From assembly GCA_030603365.1 (NCBI GenBank), contig JAUVXV010000002.1:288001-352000 (forward strand): 64,000 nucleotides of DNA. Reading direction: 5' to 3'. This DNA is from Candidatus Heimdallarchaeota archaeon. Lineage in GTDB: Archaea > Asgardarchaeota > Heimdallarchaeia > Heimdallarchaeales > Heimdallarchaeaceae. Made by a program: the position numbers and the translations under genes. Within the stretch, counting starts at the first letter, position 1, and every line of letters starts with the position of its first letter. Under the pieces are notes generated by a model, which saw only the letters and a list, made by a program, of their open reading frames with translations, had not been told where the DNA came from and did not search any database. Shown here one piece after another: positions 41,582 through 51,010 of this stretch.

Positions 41582-41955
41582 TGAATAGTCTCCCCACCTA
41601 AATCTTTGACAATTTGCTCAATTTTTATCACAGTGTTATAATCTTGATTATATTCCTCTAGAGCATCTCTAAGTATCTCAACATGGTCATTAATTTTTTG
41701 TAAATCATCTATTCGTTCCTTTAATCTAAATGCAAATTCTCCATATTTCATTACTCCTAGAAAAAAATCCCTGAAACTTTTTTCTTGTGAGTGAGCATAG
41801 TTTTTTTTCCAAGCATGGAAAATAATACTCATCACTTTTGGATACTTTGCTAAAATTTGTTTTTCTTGAATTTTGTTCTTCTGAGCATAATTCTTTATTC
41901 TTCTGCTCTGAGTAATATTAAAGGTAAGTTGTTTAATGGTTTTCATACCATTCAA
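41578..41955 (-). CDS. Hypothetical basic/helical protein
   Basis: 125-aa ORF between the GTPase and the next hypothetical gene. Confidence 0.7.
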   Translation of the reverse strand: MNGMKTIKQLTFNITQSRRIKNYAQKNKIQEKQILAKYPKVMSIIFHAWKKNYAHSQEKSFRDFFLGVMKYGEFAFRLKERIDDLQKINDHVEILRDALEEYNQDYNTVIKIEQIVKDLGGETIQ

Positions 41956-42006
41956 GTAAAAGTCTGATGCAAAATAGATAAAGATTTAGTTAGTTTGAGT
42001 GGTCTA

Positions 42007-42699
42007 TCATCTGTAAGTCTGCATTGCAAGATAATTAAAAATAATAGTTAATGGTAATTCGTAGCAGTCTGCATGAAAATTAGAGGTTTCATAGAAGAGG
42101 AGCTCTCTGTCAACAATAGATGAGTATACTATGCGTTCTGCAACTTCTTTTCCTAGATACACTCCTTTACTCTTCAGGTCAGATTTATTAATAAAGACAA
42201 TGACTGGAATATTCCTTTGTTTTCTTGCTTCTTCTATATTCACCATTTCAAGATAGTGGACAATTTTCTCTAGTGAGGATATATTGGTACCATCAGCCAT
42301 AATTACTACAAGATCTGCACCTTTAATGGCTATTTCTTGCATAAAATCAAAGCGTTCTTGACCTGCAGGATCATTAAAAACAACTTGAAATGCTGAATCA
42401 ATCGATTCAAAATCAAGGGTTTCGATCTGTTCGTATTTTCTTAAAATCACTTTGTTAAAACGGGTTAGTACAATAACAGAGTTTACAACATTCAGAGAAA
42501 TAGTTGTTGTACTAGAAGTGAAATTATTATATCTTAAAGGAGTAAAATCCAAATTATTACTGACTTCTTTGAATAGTCTTCTAGCTACATCATTTTTTTC
42601 TATATTTCCAAACATAGCTTCAAGAAAAGTAGTTTTGCCAGACCCTGTAGTTCCTAGAATAGTAATTTTCTTAAGTGTTAGATGGGTCATCAAATTCAT
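42007..42699 (-). CDS. Small (Ras-superfamily-like) GTPase
   Basis: G1 GTTGSGKT, G2 TTT, G3 DPAGQERF, G4 NKSD, G5 ETS. Confidence 0.9.
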   Translation of the reverse strand: MNLMTHLTLKKITILGTTGSGKTTFLEAMFGNIEKNDVARRLFKEVSNNLDFTPLRYNNFTSSTTTISLNVVNSVIVLTRFNKVILRKYEQIETLDFESIDSAFQVVFNDPAGQERFDFMQEIAIKGADLVVIMADGTNISSLEKIVHYLEMVNIEEARKQRNIPVIVFINKSDLKSKGVYLGKEVAERIVYSSIVDRELLFYETSNFHADCYELPLTIIFNYLAMQTYR

Positions 42700-42840
42700 T
42701 ACAGTTACTCCTACAGCAAAGCAGTTCTTATCTTAATAATCAAGAAAAAAATCCTTTATAAGAAGTCTGATAGTACAATCGGAAGGAAAATAAACCAAAT
42801 GAAAAACAAGATAGATTTTTATTGAATCTGTCCCCACACT

Positions 42841-43887
42841 TTATTCTACATAATAGATAGATTGTCTAGCGTCTCGAAGATGAGGTCTCTGATTAATGAC
42901 ACTTTTACCTTTGAGAATAGCAAGAGCATTTCTAACAGTACGATTCGGTAAACCTGTACTTTCAATTAATTCCTTTTGTGTCATCTCACCTTCAGTTAAA
43001 AGAAGTTTGAAAATGTATTTTGCAGAAGGGGGAACCCCTTGAAGATTTCTCAAATCAAGTTCTACCAGACGATTACGAAGTTTTGCTAGAATATTCTTTT
43101 TAGCTTGAAATCTCATGATTTTAGCAGTAGAGGATGACTTTCGGAGTAGAATTTCATCATCAACCCCTAGTCGTAATTGGCCATCAATAATTGCCTCGAT
43201 GGGTGATCTTGATTTCACATTGACAAGCTTTATTTCTGAATCTAATGGTAAAACTAAAGGAATATGGTCTTTACTTAAAGGATTAACAGGAACGATGATT
43301 ATAACATCAGGATTTCCAAAGGCTATAGGCCCTCCTGATGAGAGAGCATATCCTGTACTTCCTAATGCTGTTGATATTATTAAACCATCTGCCCTCCCAC
43401 GATATAATTGGTTCTTATTTATCATTAGAGTATAATTCATTAATAGTGCTGAATCTTTAGGAAAAATTGCTATTTCATTCAAAGCAGGAACAGGCAGATT
43501 ACTTTTCATATCTTGAAACACGACTTGATTATAATTATCAACATCATATTTTCTTGAAAGTAATGCTTGTAATGTTTCCCTCACATTTAGAGGGTTTATC
43601 TCAGTGAAAAAACTTATGCTTTCAGCTGTTGCTGATACAACAGGAATAGTATTTCTACTTAGGAAAATAGCTCTCAGAAATGTACCAGTTCCACCAATAG
43701 CAATCAAACAATTAATCCGTTGAGTTGAGAAATCTTGAATCTCATTCTGCCAGTTGTCCTCAGTTAGCTCTTTATCTTGTAGTTCAATAATATCTAAAGA
43801 AGGGTTCAACTCTAATAGAACTTCTTGGATTTCTTGAGCAAATTCTTTCGAAGTCTTTTCTTCTGCAATATAAAGAGCTAAATTCAT
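42841..43887 (-). CDS. NAD kinase-like domain (degenerate GGDG) fused to a C-terminal MarR-like winged HTH; putative regulator
   Basis: IGGTGTFL, ALNEI, ADGLIISTALGSTGYALSSGGP, IDGQ; tail PPSAKYIFKLL..GEMTQKELIESTGLPNRTVRNAL…DARQSIY. Confidence 0.85.
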   Translation of the reverse strand: MNLALYIAEEKTSKEFAQEIQEVLLELNPSLDIIELQDKELTEDNWQNEIQDFSTQRINCLIAIGGTGTFLRAIFLSRNTIPVVSATAESISFFTEINPLNVRETLQALLSRKYDVDNYNQVVFQDMKSNLPVPALNEIAIFPKDSALLMNYTLMINKNQLYRGRADGLIISTALGSTGYALSSGGPIAFGNPDVIIIVPVNPLSKDHIPLVLPLDSEIKLVNVKSRSPIEAIIDGQLRLGVDDEILLRKSSSTAKIMRFQAKKNILAKLRNRLVELDLRNLQGVPPSAKYIFKLLLTEGEMTQKELIESTGLPNRTVRNALAILKGKSVINQRPHLRDARQSIYYVE

Positions 43888-44183
43888 TTTTATCAACAAA
43901 TTTCTACTTATTTTAACAACTATGTAAATGATTTATTTATACTTATGCTCTGTTAATCTTATCAAGTCAATTTTATGTATATGCAATACAGAATGAAGTT
44001 AAAAGAGGAATTCGAAAATAATTATGAGAAAAAAATAGGCAAACCTTGCTTCTTTATTAGCACTTCAACCTTTAAAACATGAACTAGTTGTAATTTAGTA
44101 TCAGTGGAAACATTTTTCGTTCATTTTTGTCCTTAAACAAACACTCTTTAAATACAAGATGACAGAATTGTTCCCGACAGAAG

Positions 44184-45209
44184 ATGGTTGTAATAGAAGA
44201 GGCTCCTAAAGTAGTTAAAGAAAATATTTTTTCATTAGAGCAAGAAGTAGAACGCTTATATTCAAAATTAGGCAAATTGGGATGGAGTAAGAGTGCATGT
44301 GAATCTATAGCACCATTTACTCTGAAGATTAACACAATTAAAAAAGAAAAAGGTATTAAGATATTTGCTCATTCTTATCAAACAGCTGATATCGTTTTTG
44401 GTATTGCTGATATTGTGGGAGATTCTCTAGCATTAGCAAAGAAAGCAACAACTGTCAAAGAAGATACTATCCTGTTTTGTGGCGTTGATTTCATGGCTGA
44501 ATCAGTTAAAATTCTCAGTCCCGAGAAAACTGTAATTGTTCCCGAACGAGGTAGAGACTGCACTTTAGCAGATTCCATAATAGCTGATGATGTAAGAAAG
44601 CTGAAGATAGAAAATCCAGGAGTTCCTGTGATATGCTATGTGAATACAAATGCAGATGTTAAAGCAGAATCAGATATTTGCTGTACTTCCGCAAATGCAA
44701 AAAGAATTATTGAAAAAGTTAACACAGACACGGTAATTTTCATCCCTGATGAGAATATGGGGAAGAATCTCGCTAAAATTACTGGGAAGACCATTATCAC
44801 TTGGCCAGGTTATTGTAGAACACACGATGCAGTTACCCTAAAAAGACTAAATGCACTTTTGAAGGATAAAGATGTCAAAACCTTTGCTCATCTTGAATGC
44901 AAACCAGAAATAATTGAGAATGTAGATTATTATGGAGGGACTAGTGATATGCACAAATATGCAGAAGAAGGAGCAAATGGTGAGAAAGTTCTCTATGTAA
45001 CTGAACAAGGGTTCATAGATAGAATGAAAGTTGAATATCCTAATGTTGAGTTCGTTGACAGTAAAATGTTCTGTGTTAGCATGAAAAGAAATGATCTGAT
45101 ATCTACTTTGAATGCTCTTGAGAACCCAACTGAAGATAATATCATTGAACTTGAAGAAGATATCCGTAAAAGAGCTTATAGAGCAGTGAACAACATGCTC
45201 AAATACTAA
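44184..45209 (+). CDS. nadA: Quinolinate synthase
   Basis: AHSYQ, GDSL, FCGVDFMAE, YVNT, CTSANA, PDENMG, HLEC; three cluster Cys (DCTLA, GYCRTH, FCVSMK). Confidence 0.95.
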   Translation: MVVIEEAPKVVKENIFSLEQEVERLYSKLGKLGWSKSACESIAPFTLKINTIKKEKGIKIFAHSYQTADIVFGIADIVGDSLALAKKATTVKEDTILFCGVDFMAESVKILSPEKTVIVPERGRDCTLADSIIADDVRKLKIENPGVPVICYVNTNADVKAESDICCTSANAKRIIEKVNTDTVIFIPDENMGKNLAKITGKTIITWPGYCRTHDAVTLKRLNALLKDKDVKTFAHLECKPEIIENVDYYGGTSDMHKYAEEGANGEKVLYVTEQGFIDRMKVEYPNVEFVDSKMFCVSMKRNDLISTLNALENPTEDNIIELEEDIRKRAYRAVNNMLKY

Positions 45210-45226
45210 TTTACTAGTGTATTGCT

Positions 45227-46063
45227 ATGATTCCTGTTATTCTAATCGATGAAGATATTAAGAAGTGGATAGAAGAAGACATACCTTATTGGGATGTTAC
45301 AACATCACTTCTCCCAGAAGGTAAAGCTGAAGGAAAGATCTATTCAAAACAAGAAGGTACCGTTGCTGGATTATTTGTTGTAAAAAGAATTTTTGAACTT
45401 CTAGGAGCTGAGTTTGTTTCACTTGTAGATGAAGGTAAAGAAGTGGAGAAAAAGACTCCAATTGCAGCTGTTAAAGGTGATATTCATTCTCTTTTACAAG
45501 CAGAACGGGTAGCTTTGAATATTCTTGGAAGAATGTCTGGAATTGCAACACAGACCTCGAAAATGCTTAAAATTGCAAAAGAAGGGAATCCTAATCTTCG
45601 AATTTGTGGAACTAGAAAAGTTGTACCTGGATTAAGTAAATATGACAAATATGCAATAATTATGGGTGGAGGAGATACACATCGTTTCAATCTATCCGAT
45701 ATGATACTCTTAAAAGAGAATCATTTGATTGCATTCCAATCAATTACTGAAGCCATTACTACAGCCAAACAGAAAACTAGTTTTAGTAAGAAGATAGAGG
45801 TTGAGGTTCAAAACGAGGGGCAAGCTATTGAAGCAGCTAAAGCTGGAGCTGATATTATCATGCTCGATAATTTCTCACCAGAGCAAGCAAACCAAACAAT
45901 ATCAAAAATCGCAGATATTAACTCACGAATACTTTTCGAATTAAGTGGTAATATAACTTTAGAGAATCTTAGCAAATACGCTCTTAAGGGTGTAGATCTA
46001 ATCTCATCTGGATCTCTAACTCATTCTGTGAAAAATTTTGATGTTACTATGCTTATTGAATAA
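45227..46063 (+). CDS. nadC: Quinolinate phosphoribosyltransferase (nicotinate-nucleotide diphosphorylase)
   Basis: AERVALN, GTRK, HRFNLSD, KENH, EVEV, MLDN, SGNI, GSLTHS. Confidence 0.95.
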   Translation: MIPVILIDEDIKKWIEEDIPYWDVTTSLLPEGKAEGKIYSKQEGTVAGLFVVKRIFELLGAEFVSLVDEGKEVEKKTPIAAVKGDIHSLLQAERVALNILGRMSGIATQTSKMLKIAKEGNPNLRICGTRKVVPGLSKYDKYAIIMGGGDTHRFNLSDMILLKENHLIAFQSITEAITTAKQKTSFSKKIEVEVQNEGQAIEAAKAGADIIMLDNFSPEQANQTISKIADINSRILFELSGNITLENLSKYALKGVDLISSGSLTHSVKNFDVTMLIE

Positions 46064-46075
46064 AAAGAAAAGAAA

Positions 46076-47155
46076 TTAGACAGGTATGAAACTGTCTCCT
46101 TCTTTAATAGATTTTATAAATTCAACTACAAGAAGTACAATGTTTTTTACATCATCTAAACATACAATTTCAGATGCTGTATGCATATATCTATTTGGTA
46201 TCGCCAACAATCCTGTAGCTGCACCAGAAAGTTGTATGGCATTAGCATCAGTTCCTGTTCCTCTAGGGGCAGCATTTTTCTGATAAGGAATATCGTTCTC
46301 CTCAGCTATTTTGAAAAGTTTTGTAACAACAACTGGGTTGAAATTAGGTCCGATTGAAATGATAGGACCACCACCAAGTTTTGTATCCCCAACTAGCTTC
46401 TTTTCTATTTCAGGAGCGTCAGCAGCAAAACCAACATCAAAAGCTAATCCAATATCTGGCTTAATTGCTTCAGCAGCAATATGGGCTCCTCTCAAACCTA
46501 TTTCTTCTTGAACGGTAGAAACACCATATACTCCAGAATAGAAATCTTTGTCCTTTGCTAATTCTATCATGATTTCAGCTACTATGAAAGAGCCTATAGC
46601 ATCATCAAAACCAGCTGCAACTGCAAAGTTATTTTTACCTAGTTTTGCATAACCATAATCAAAAACTGCAAAATCACCTACATCTACATATTTCTTAGCT
46701 TCTTCTTCATCCTTGCAACCTATATCGATAAATAATTTCTCCATTTCAGGAGCTTTCTTCCTTTCATCTGGTTTCATTAAATGGATTGCTTTTTTGCCAA
46801 TAACGCCAAGAAGTTCACCCTTCTCTGAAATAACACGAACTCTTTTGCCAGGGAGGGTAGAAGTATCAAATCCACCTAGAGGAAGAATCCAGAGGAAACC
46901 TTTCTCATCAATATAAGAGATTTGAAAACCAATTTGATCAATATGACCTGCCAACATTATTTTGAATTTGCTTTCAGGGTTTATGATAGCACAAACATTT
47001 CCAACTTTATCAACTTCTATCTTGTCTACTTCATTTTCAAGATAAGTCTTTACTACACGTTGAGCAGGAAATTCATAACCTGTAGCTCTTGGTGTTGTTA
47101 CTAGTTTTTTTAGAAATTCTTCATTTAGTTCATAACTCAAAGTTAACACCTTCAA
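46076..47155 (-). CDS. M42 family (TET-like) aminopeptidase
   Basis: GHIDQIG, FDD, QEEIGLRGA, FDV, GTDA, RYMHT. Confidence 0.92.
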   Translation of the reverse strand: MKVLTLSYELNEEFLKKLVTTPRATGYEFPAQRVVKTYLENEVDKIEVDKVGNVCAIINPESKFKIMLAGHIDQIGFQISYIDEKGFLWILPLGGFDTSTLPGKRVRVISEKGELLGVIGKKAIHLMKPDERKKAPEMEKLFIDIGCKDEEEAKKYVDVGDFAVFDYGYAKLGKNNFAVAAGFDDAIGSFIVAEIMIELAKDKDFYSGVYGVSTVQEEIGLRGAHIAAEAIKPDIGLAFDVGFAADAPEIEKKLVGDTKLGGGPIISIGPNFNPVVVTKLFKIAEENDIPYQKNAAPRGTGTDANAIQLSGAATGLLAIPNRYMHTASEIVCLDDVKNIVLLVVEFIKSIKEGDSFIPV

Positions 47156-47286
47156 GTTTTCTTTTCAAAATTATTTTTAAAGATTTACTTAGCAATAAGA
47201 AAATTGGAAATAAGGTTAAGGAAGAATTCAATTCAGCTATTTTCACAAATGAAAAAAGTTAAGAAACCATATTCTTTTCAAAATTT

Positions 47287-47652
47287 ATGTCAGACATAGA
47301 GGTTGAAAGAACTCCAGATTTAAGCGAAAGTGTTGATAAGGATCAACAAAGAGAAGAGAAAATCTCAAAACTATTCAAAATTAGTAAAATCACAATTCTT
47401 GTTTCCTTATCAATTCTTTGGATTGTAACTGCAGTTCTAGGTCTTATAAGTCTCTGGAAAGGTCAGGGGATTTTGGAGACTCCTTGGGTGATCTTTGGTT
47501 TAGTATTAACTGTAGTAATAATAGTTTTGGTGGTAATTCCTCTTTTTAGAAGCCTTAGAGCTGATGTTAAGGAATTTAATAAGGAAAAAGCTGAAAAAGA
47601 AAGAAAAGAGAAAGAACTAAGTAAAGTTGAGGAAGAAATAGAGAAGGAATAA
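47287..47652 (+). CDS. Small 2-TM membrane protein with a charged tail
   Basis: Hydropathy pattern. Confidence 0.7.
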   Translation: MSDIEVERTPDLSESVDKDQQREEKISKLFKISKITILVSLSILWIVTAVLGLISLWKGQGILETPWVIFGLVLTVVIIVLVVIPLFRSLRADVKEFNKEKAEKERKEKELSKVEEEIEKE

Positions 47653-47664
47653 AAAAGAACAGGT

Positions 47665-50184
47665 TTATTCATAATCTCTTATAGTGAAAGTAATTTTTGT
47701 ACCTTGAGTGTAATCACCCTCAATTCTATCTTCTAGTAAAATTGTTCCTTCATAGGCTTTTATTATTCTATAGATGAACATCATTCCTAAACCTCGTATT
47801 CTGATTCCTGATTCAAAACTCTGAAGTATCTGTTTCTTCATATCATCAGAAATTCCTACTCCATCATCTTCGACTATCACTTTCCAATAAGACCCATATT
47901 TTTCATATAATTTCGAAATTTGTAGAGAAAATTTTATTTTTCCATCAGATGCAGACTGTAGCGCATTGTCGAAGATGTTAGAAAAAACATCTACCAGGAA
48001 AACGTTAGCATAAATTTCAATATCTTGGTCAAAATTTTTCTCTAAAATAATATCCATTTCAGGATATGAACTTTTTATTACGTCAAAAGCTTCATCTATA
48101 TAATCATCAAACTTTCTTTTAATAAATGGTTCAGAAGACTTCTCTAAACCACTAAGTTTTCGAATCTTATCTTTTACAGAATTTGCTCTGTTTATAATAC
48201 GTATAGCATGACCTACTAGGGTACTAACTTGTTTAGGTTCATCATTCATCATTCTTGCCATTTCGAGATAACCAAGAATTGCTTGATGATAATTGCTTAA
48301 ATCATGGGTGAACAGATCAATAGCTAATTCTGCTAAATGAGTAGCTTCTCGTTCCTTTCGAATAGCTTCTTCAAGTTTCAAAGCCATTTCTTCAAAAGCA
48401 AAATATATCTCGCCAACCTCATGAATATTTCGTTTTTCTGAAACATCAAAACTAACACTGTAGTCGCCTTCAGACACTGCCCTCATAGCTTTGAGCAATC
48501 GGACTGCATATTTAGAGAAGTTAACAGCCAAATATGTAGCTATTGAACCTATACCGATTATAATCGTAACTGATATAAGAACAAGAATTAATTCCAGAAA
48601 TCGCATATTTCTTTCAAGAGTATTCAAAATAGGTGTGAATTCATCCATTACTAATTCTAAGGGCGAGAAATGTAGCATAAACCAGGGAACGGAGGAAATA
48701 GGTTTGTAAAGAACAATGTATTCAGTATTGTTGTAAATTAGAATCTTATACCCAGATTCATAATTTAGAACTGAATCTACGCAAAATTGTAGATCTGTGT
48801 TATTGTAATCATCTATATTAGTTGTTGGGAATTCCTCTTTAGGTTTTCTTGTGGTGTTTGCAGCTATCTGAGGTGAAATTACTATTTCCTTCTGAACATT
48901 TATAATTAAAGAAAAATCATCTTTTGTTATATCTAATTCTAATGTATTCATTAGATAGTCGAGATTGACATCAAGTACCCAAAAACCAACCAAATCATTA
49001 TTTTCATCATATATGGCTTGACCTAGTGAGATGAAAATATACTGCAGTGTATAATCAACTCCTAGATTAGAGAAATGGCTTTCCATCCCTTTTCTTTCTG
49101 AAGCTGCTTCTGCTTCATGAAGTTCACTATACCAAGGCCTTTGAGTCCAGTCATAATCAGCTGTGTTTCCTAAAGAGATATCAGTGCTATAATCGGGTAT
49201 CCATGGATAGGTCCAGAAGTAATCAGGTGTAGCAAAATAAACCCATTGAAGTACTGGATTTAGTAGAGGTATCATATAGTTATACATTTCTTTAAGTCTA
49301 GTATCTGTATGACCAGATATAGAACCATTCAATTTACCCTTAAGTACACCAGAGTAATTTCCTTCTAAAGTTCCATTTATACAGCCTTCAATTCTAGATT
49401 TAACCCCTTCAGATGAAATAATACCAACACCATCTAAGTTATCATCTTGTATGAGGAAGTAAGTCTGAAGATAGTCAAGATCTAGTATTTCTAAAGAGTT
49501 ATTCATCTCTCCAGGAAAGGAATAGAAACCAATATTCCATAAGTCCAACAATGAGCTATTGAAGGAATTAGAAAAAAGTGTTGTATAGTACTCAGTGATA
49601 TCGATAGTAATGGTGTTATCATTCTTCACCCCAAAAATAGAGATATTACCACTTGTTGACAATTGACCAGAAAAAGATGCATTGATCTGAAGATAGATAG
49701 ATCCTGTGATATTTAGTTGGTTAATTACATCACCAAAAATGGATCCACCAGCTGTTTCATAATCATTTTCACCATCCTCGTTATAGTCAAAAAAACTCAC
49801 ATATTCTTCTCTATCTATAGTTAAACTTACGTTTCCATTTGTATAAATCTGCTCATCAGAGTTGTTAAAAGCTATGTAGTTATACTCATATAGAGAACTT
49901 GAACCCTCTGCATATAGACTACTTGAAATTGATTGCACAGTATTATTGAGTTCGTCTTTCATTCCCCCAATTAGTTGGTCAAAAGATTGAACAAATTGAT
50001 TACTTGAAACATCCATGCTTTGAATCTTTGCATCAAGGTATTTATCCGAAGCTTCTGCTGAAATTGTTGCTAGTCGCAATTCCATAAGAAGAATTATAGA
50101 ACCATTAATTAGTAACATAATAATTGATAACAGGATAATAATATAAAGCGCAAGGCGTCGTGCAAGACGAGTTCTTCTGACCAT
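47665..50184 (-). CDS. Sensor histidine kinase (TM, Cache-type ectodomain, TM, HAMP, HisKA, HATPase_c)
   Basis: YDWTQRPWY Cache motif; VSEGDY…EVGEI HAMP; FTHDLSN; NIFDNA, DDGVGI, GLGM, GTK. Confidence 0.9.
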   Translation of the reverse strand: MVRRTRLARRLALYIIILLSIIMLLINGSIILLMELRLATISAEASDKYLDAKIQSMDVSSNQFVQSFDQLIGGMKDELNNTVQSISSSLYAEGSSSLYEYNYIAFNNSDEQIYTNGNVSLTIDREEYVSFFDYNEDGENDYETAGGSIFGDVINQLNITGSIYLQINASFSGQLSTSGNISIFGVKNDNTITIDITEYYTTLFSNSFNSSLLDLWNIGFYSFPGEMNNSLEILDLDYLQTYFLIQDDNLDGVGIISSEGVKSRIEGCINGTLEGNYSGVLKGKLNGSISGHTDTRLKEMYNYMIPLLNPVLQWVYFATPDYFWTYPWIPDYSTDISLGNTADYDWTQRPWYSELHEAEAASERKGMESHFSNLGVDYTLQYIFISLGQAIYDENNDLVGFWVLDVNLDYLMNTLELDITKDDFSLIINVQKEIVISPQIAANTTRKPKEEFPTTNIDDYNNTDLQFCVDSVLNYESGYKILIYNNTEYIVLYKPISSVPWFMLHFSPLELVMDEFTPILNTLERNMRFLELILVLISVTIIIGIGSIATYLAVNFSKYAVRLLKAMRAVSEGDYSVSFDVSEKRNIHEVGEIYFAFEEMALKLEEAIRKEREATHLAELAIDLFTHDLSNYHQAILGYLEMARMMNDEPKQVSTLVGHAIRIINRANSVKDKIRKLSGLEKSSEPFIKRKFDDYIDEAFDVIKSSYPEMDIILEKNFDQDIEIYANVFLVDVFSNIFDNALQSASDGKIKFSLQISKLYEKYGSYWKVIVEDDGVGISDDMKKQILQSFESGIRIRGLGMMFIYRIIKAYEGTILLEDRIEGDYTQGTKITFTIRDYE

Positions 50185-50241
50185 ATATACAACTTAAGAA
50201 ATAGCGATATTAACTTTTTGCACTACTTTAAATAAATAGTA

Positions 50242-50628
50242 TCAATTTATATAAACTGCAAGAGAAGTTTCTCCAAAACTAACGGTAAAACTTTGGATAT
50301 TAGTTCCATTGTCAAAATCGTCTAAAAACCATCTCAAGTTATTCAAAATCAGTTCATTGTGCAGAAGTGTGCAATCCTCAAAATCGATAATAAACCATCT
50401 ATCTCGATCAGTTTCTGCTATATTTGATAAGTTACCAAAAATAGCTTTATGTCCCATTTTCTTAGGATTACCATAGATAACCGGAAAAGATGCACATCTA
50501 GAACTCAATCGAAAACTATCATCAACACAACCTGTTTTCTCATCTAGAAAACCACAATTAAAACAACATGCACCACAATCTTTACACTCTGAGAAAATAA
50601 GCAATAGATTGGGCATTTTATCGTTCAT
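50242..50628 (-). CDS. Cys-cluster protein (CxxCxxCC, YkgJ-like)
   Basis: CKDCGACCFNC…C…RCASFP. Confidence 0.6.
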   Translation of the reverse strand: MNDKMPNLLLIFSECKDCGACCFNCGFLDEKTGCVDDSFRLSSRCASFPVIYGNPKKMGHKAIFGNLSNIAETDRDRWFIIDFEDCTLLHNELILNNLRWFLDDFDNGTNIQSFTVSFGETSLAVYIN

Positions 50629-50632
50629 TCTC

Positions 50633-50938
50633 TTATTGATGTTTTGCCTTATAAGCTTCGTATTGTTCTCTCATATCTTCTACTTCGTGAGAAAGAATTT
50701 CTCCATATTGTTTAAGAACTTCTAGAACCTCTTCAGGGTTGTCTGCATGCCAGTGAACCTTGATCATCCCTCTCATACTTGTGATTGCTAGGCTATCCCC
50801 TGTACAATCTTTGACAATGTGATTTTTGATTTTCGCTGACCATTCTTTCAAATTTTCTTTTACTATTTCTTTATTCTTAACTACAGTTACAATATCATAT
50901 TGAAAGTTAACTGCATCATCGTGTGGTACATTTATCAT
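50633..50938 (-). CDS. Hypothetical protein
   Basis: 101-aa ORF with an upstream aggtga RBS-like sequence. Confidence 0.65.
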   Translation of the reverse strand: MINVPHDDAVNFQYDIVTVVKNKEIVKENLKEWSAKIKNHIVKDCTGDSLAITSMRGMIKVHWHADNPEEVLEVLKQYGEILSHEVEDMREQYEAYKAKHQ

Positions 50939-51010
50939 AATATCACCTAATTAATGAACAAACAAAAAGGAGGTTTTTAACTTTTACCTCTTCTGATGAA
51001 ATATGAGAAA

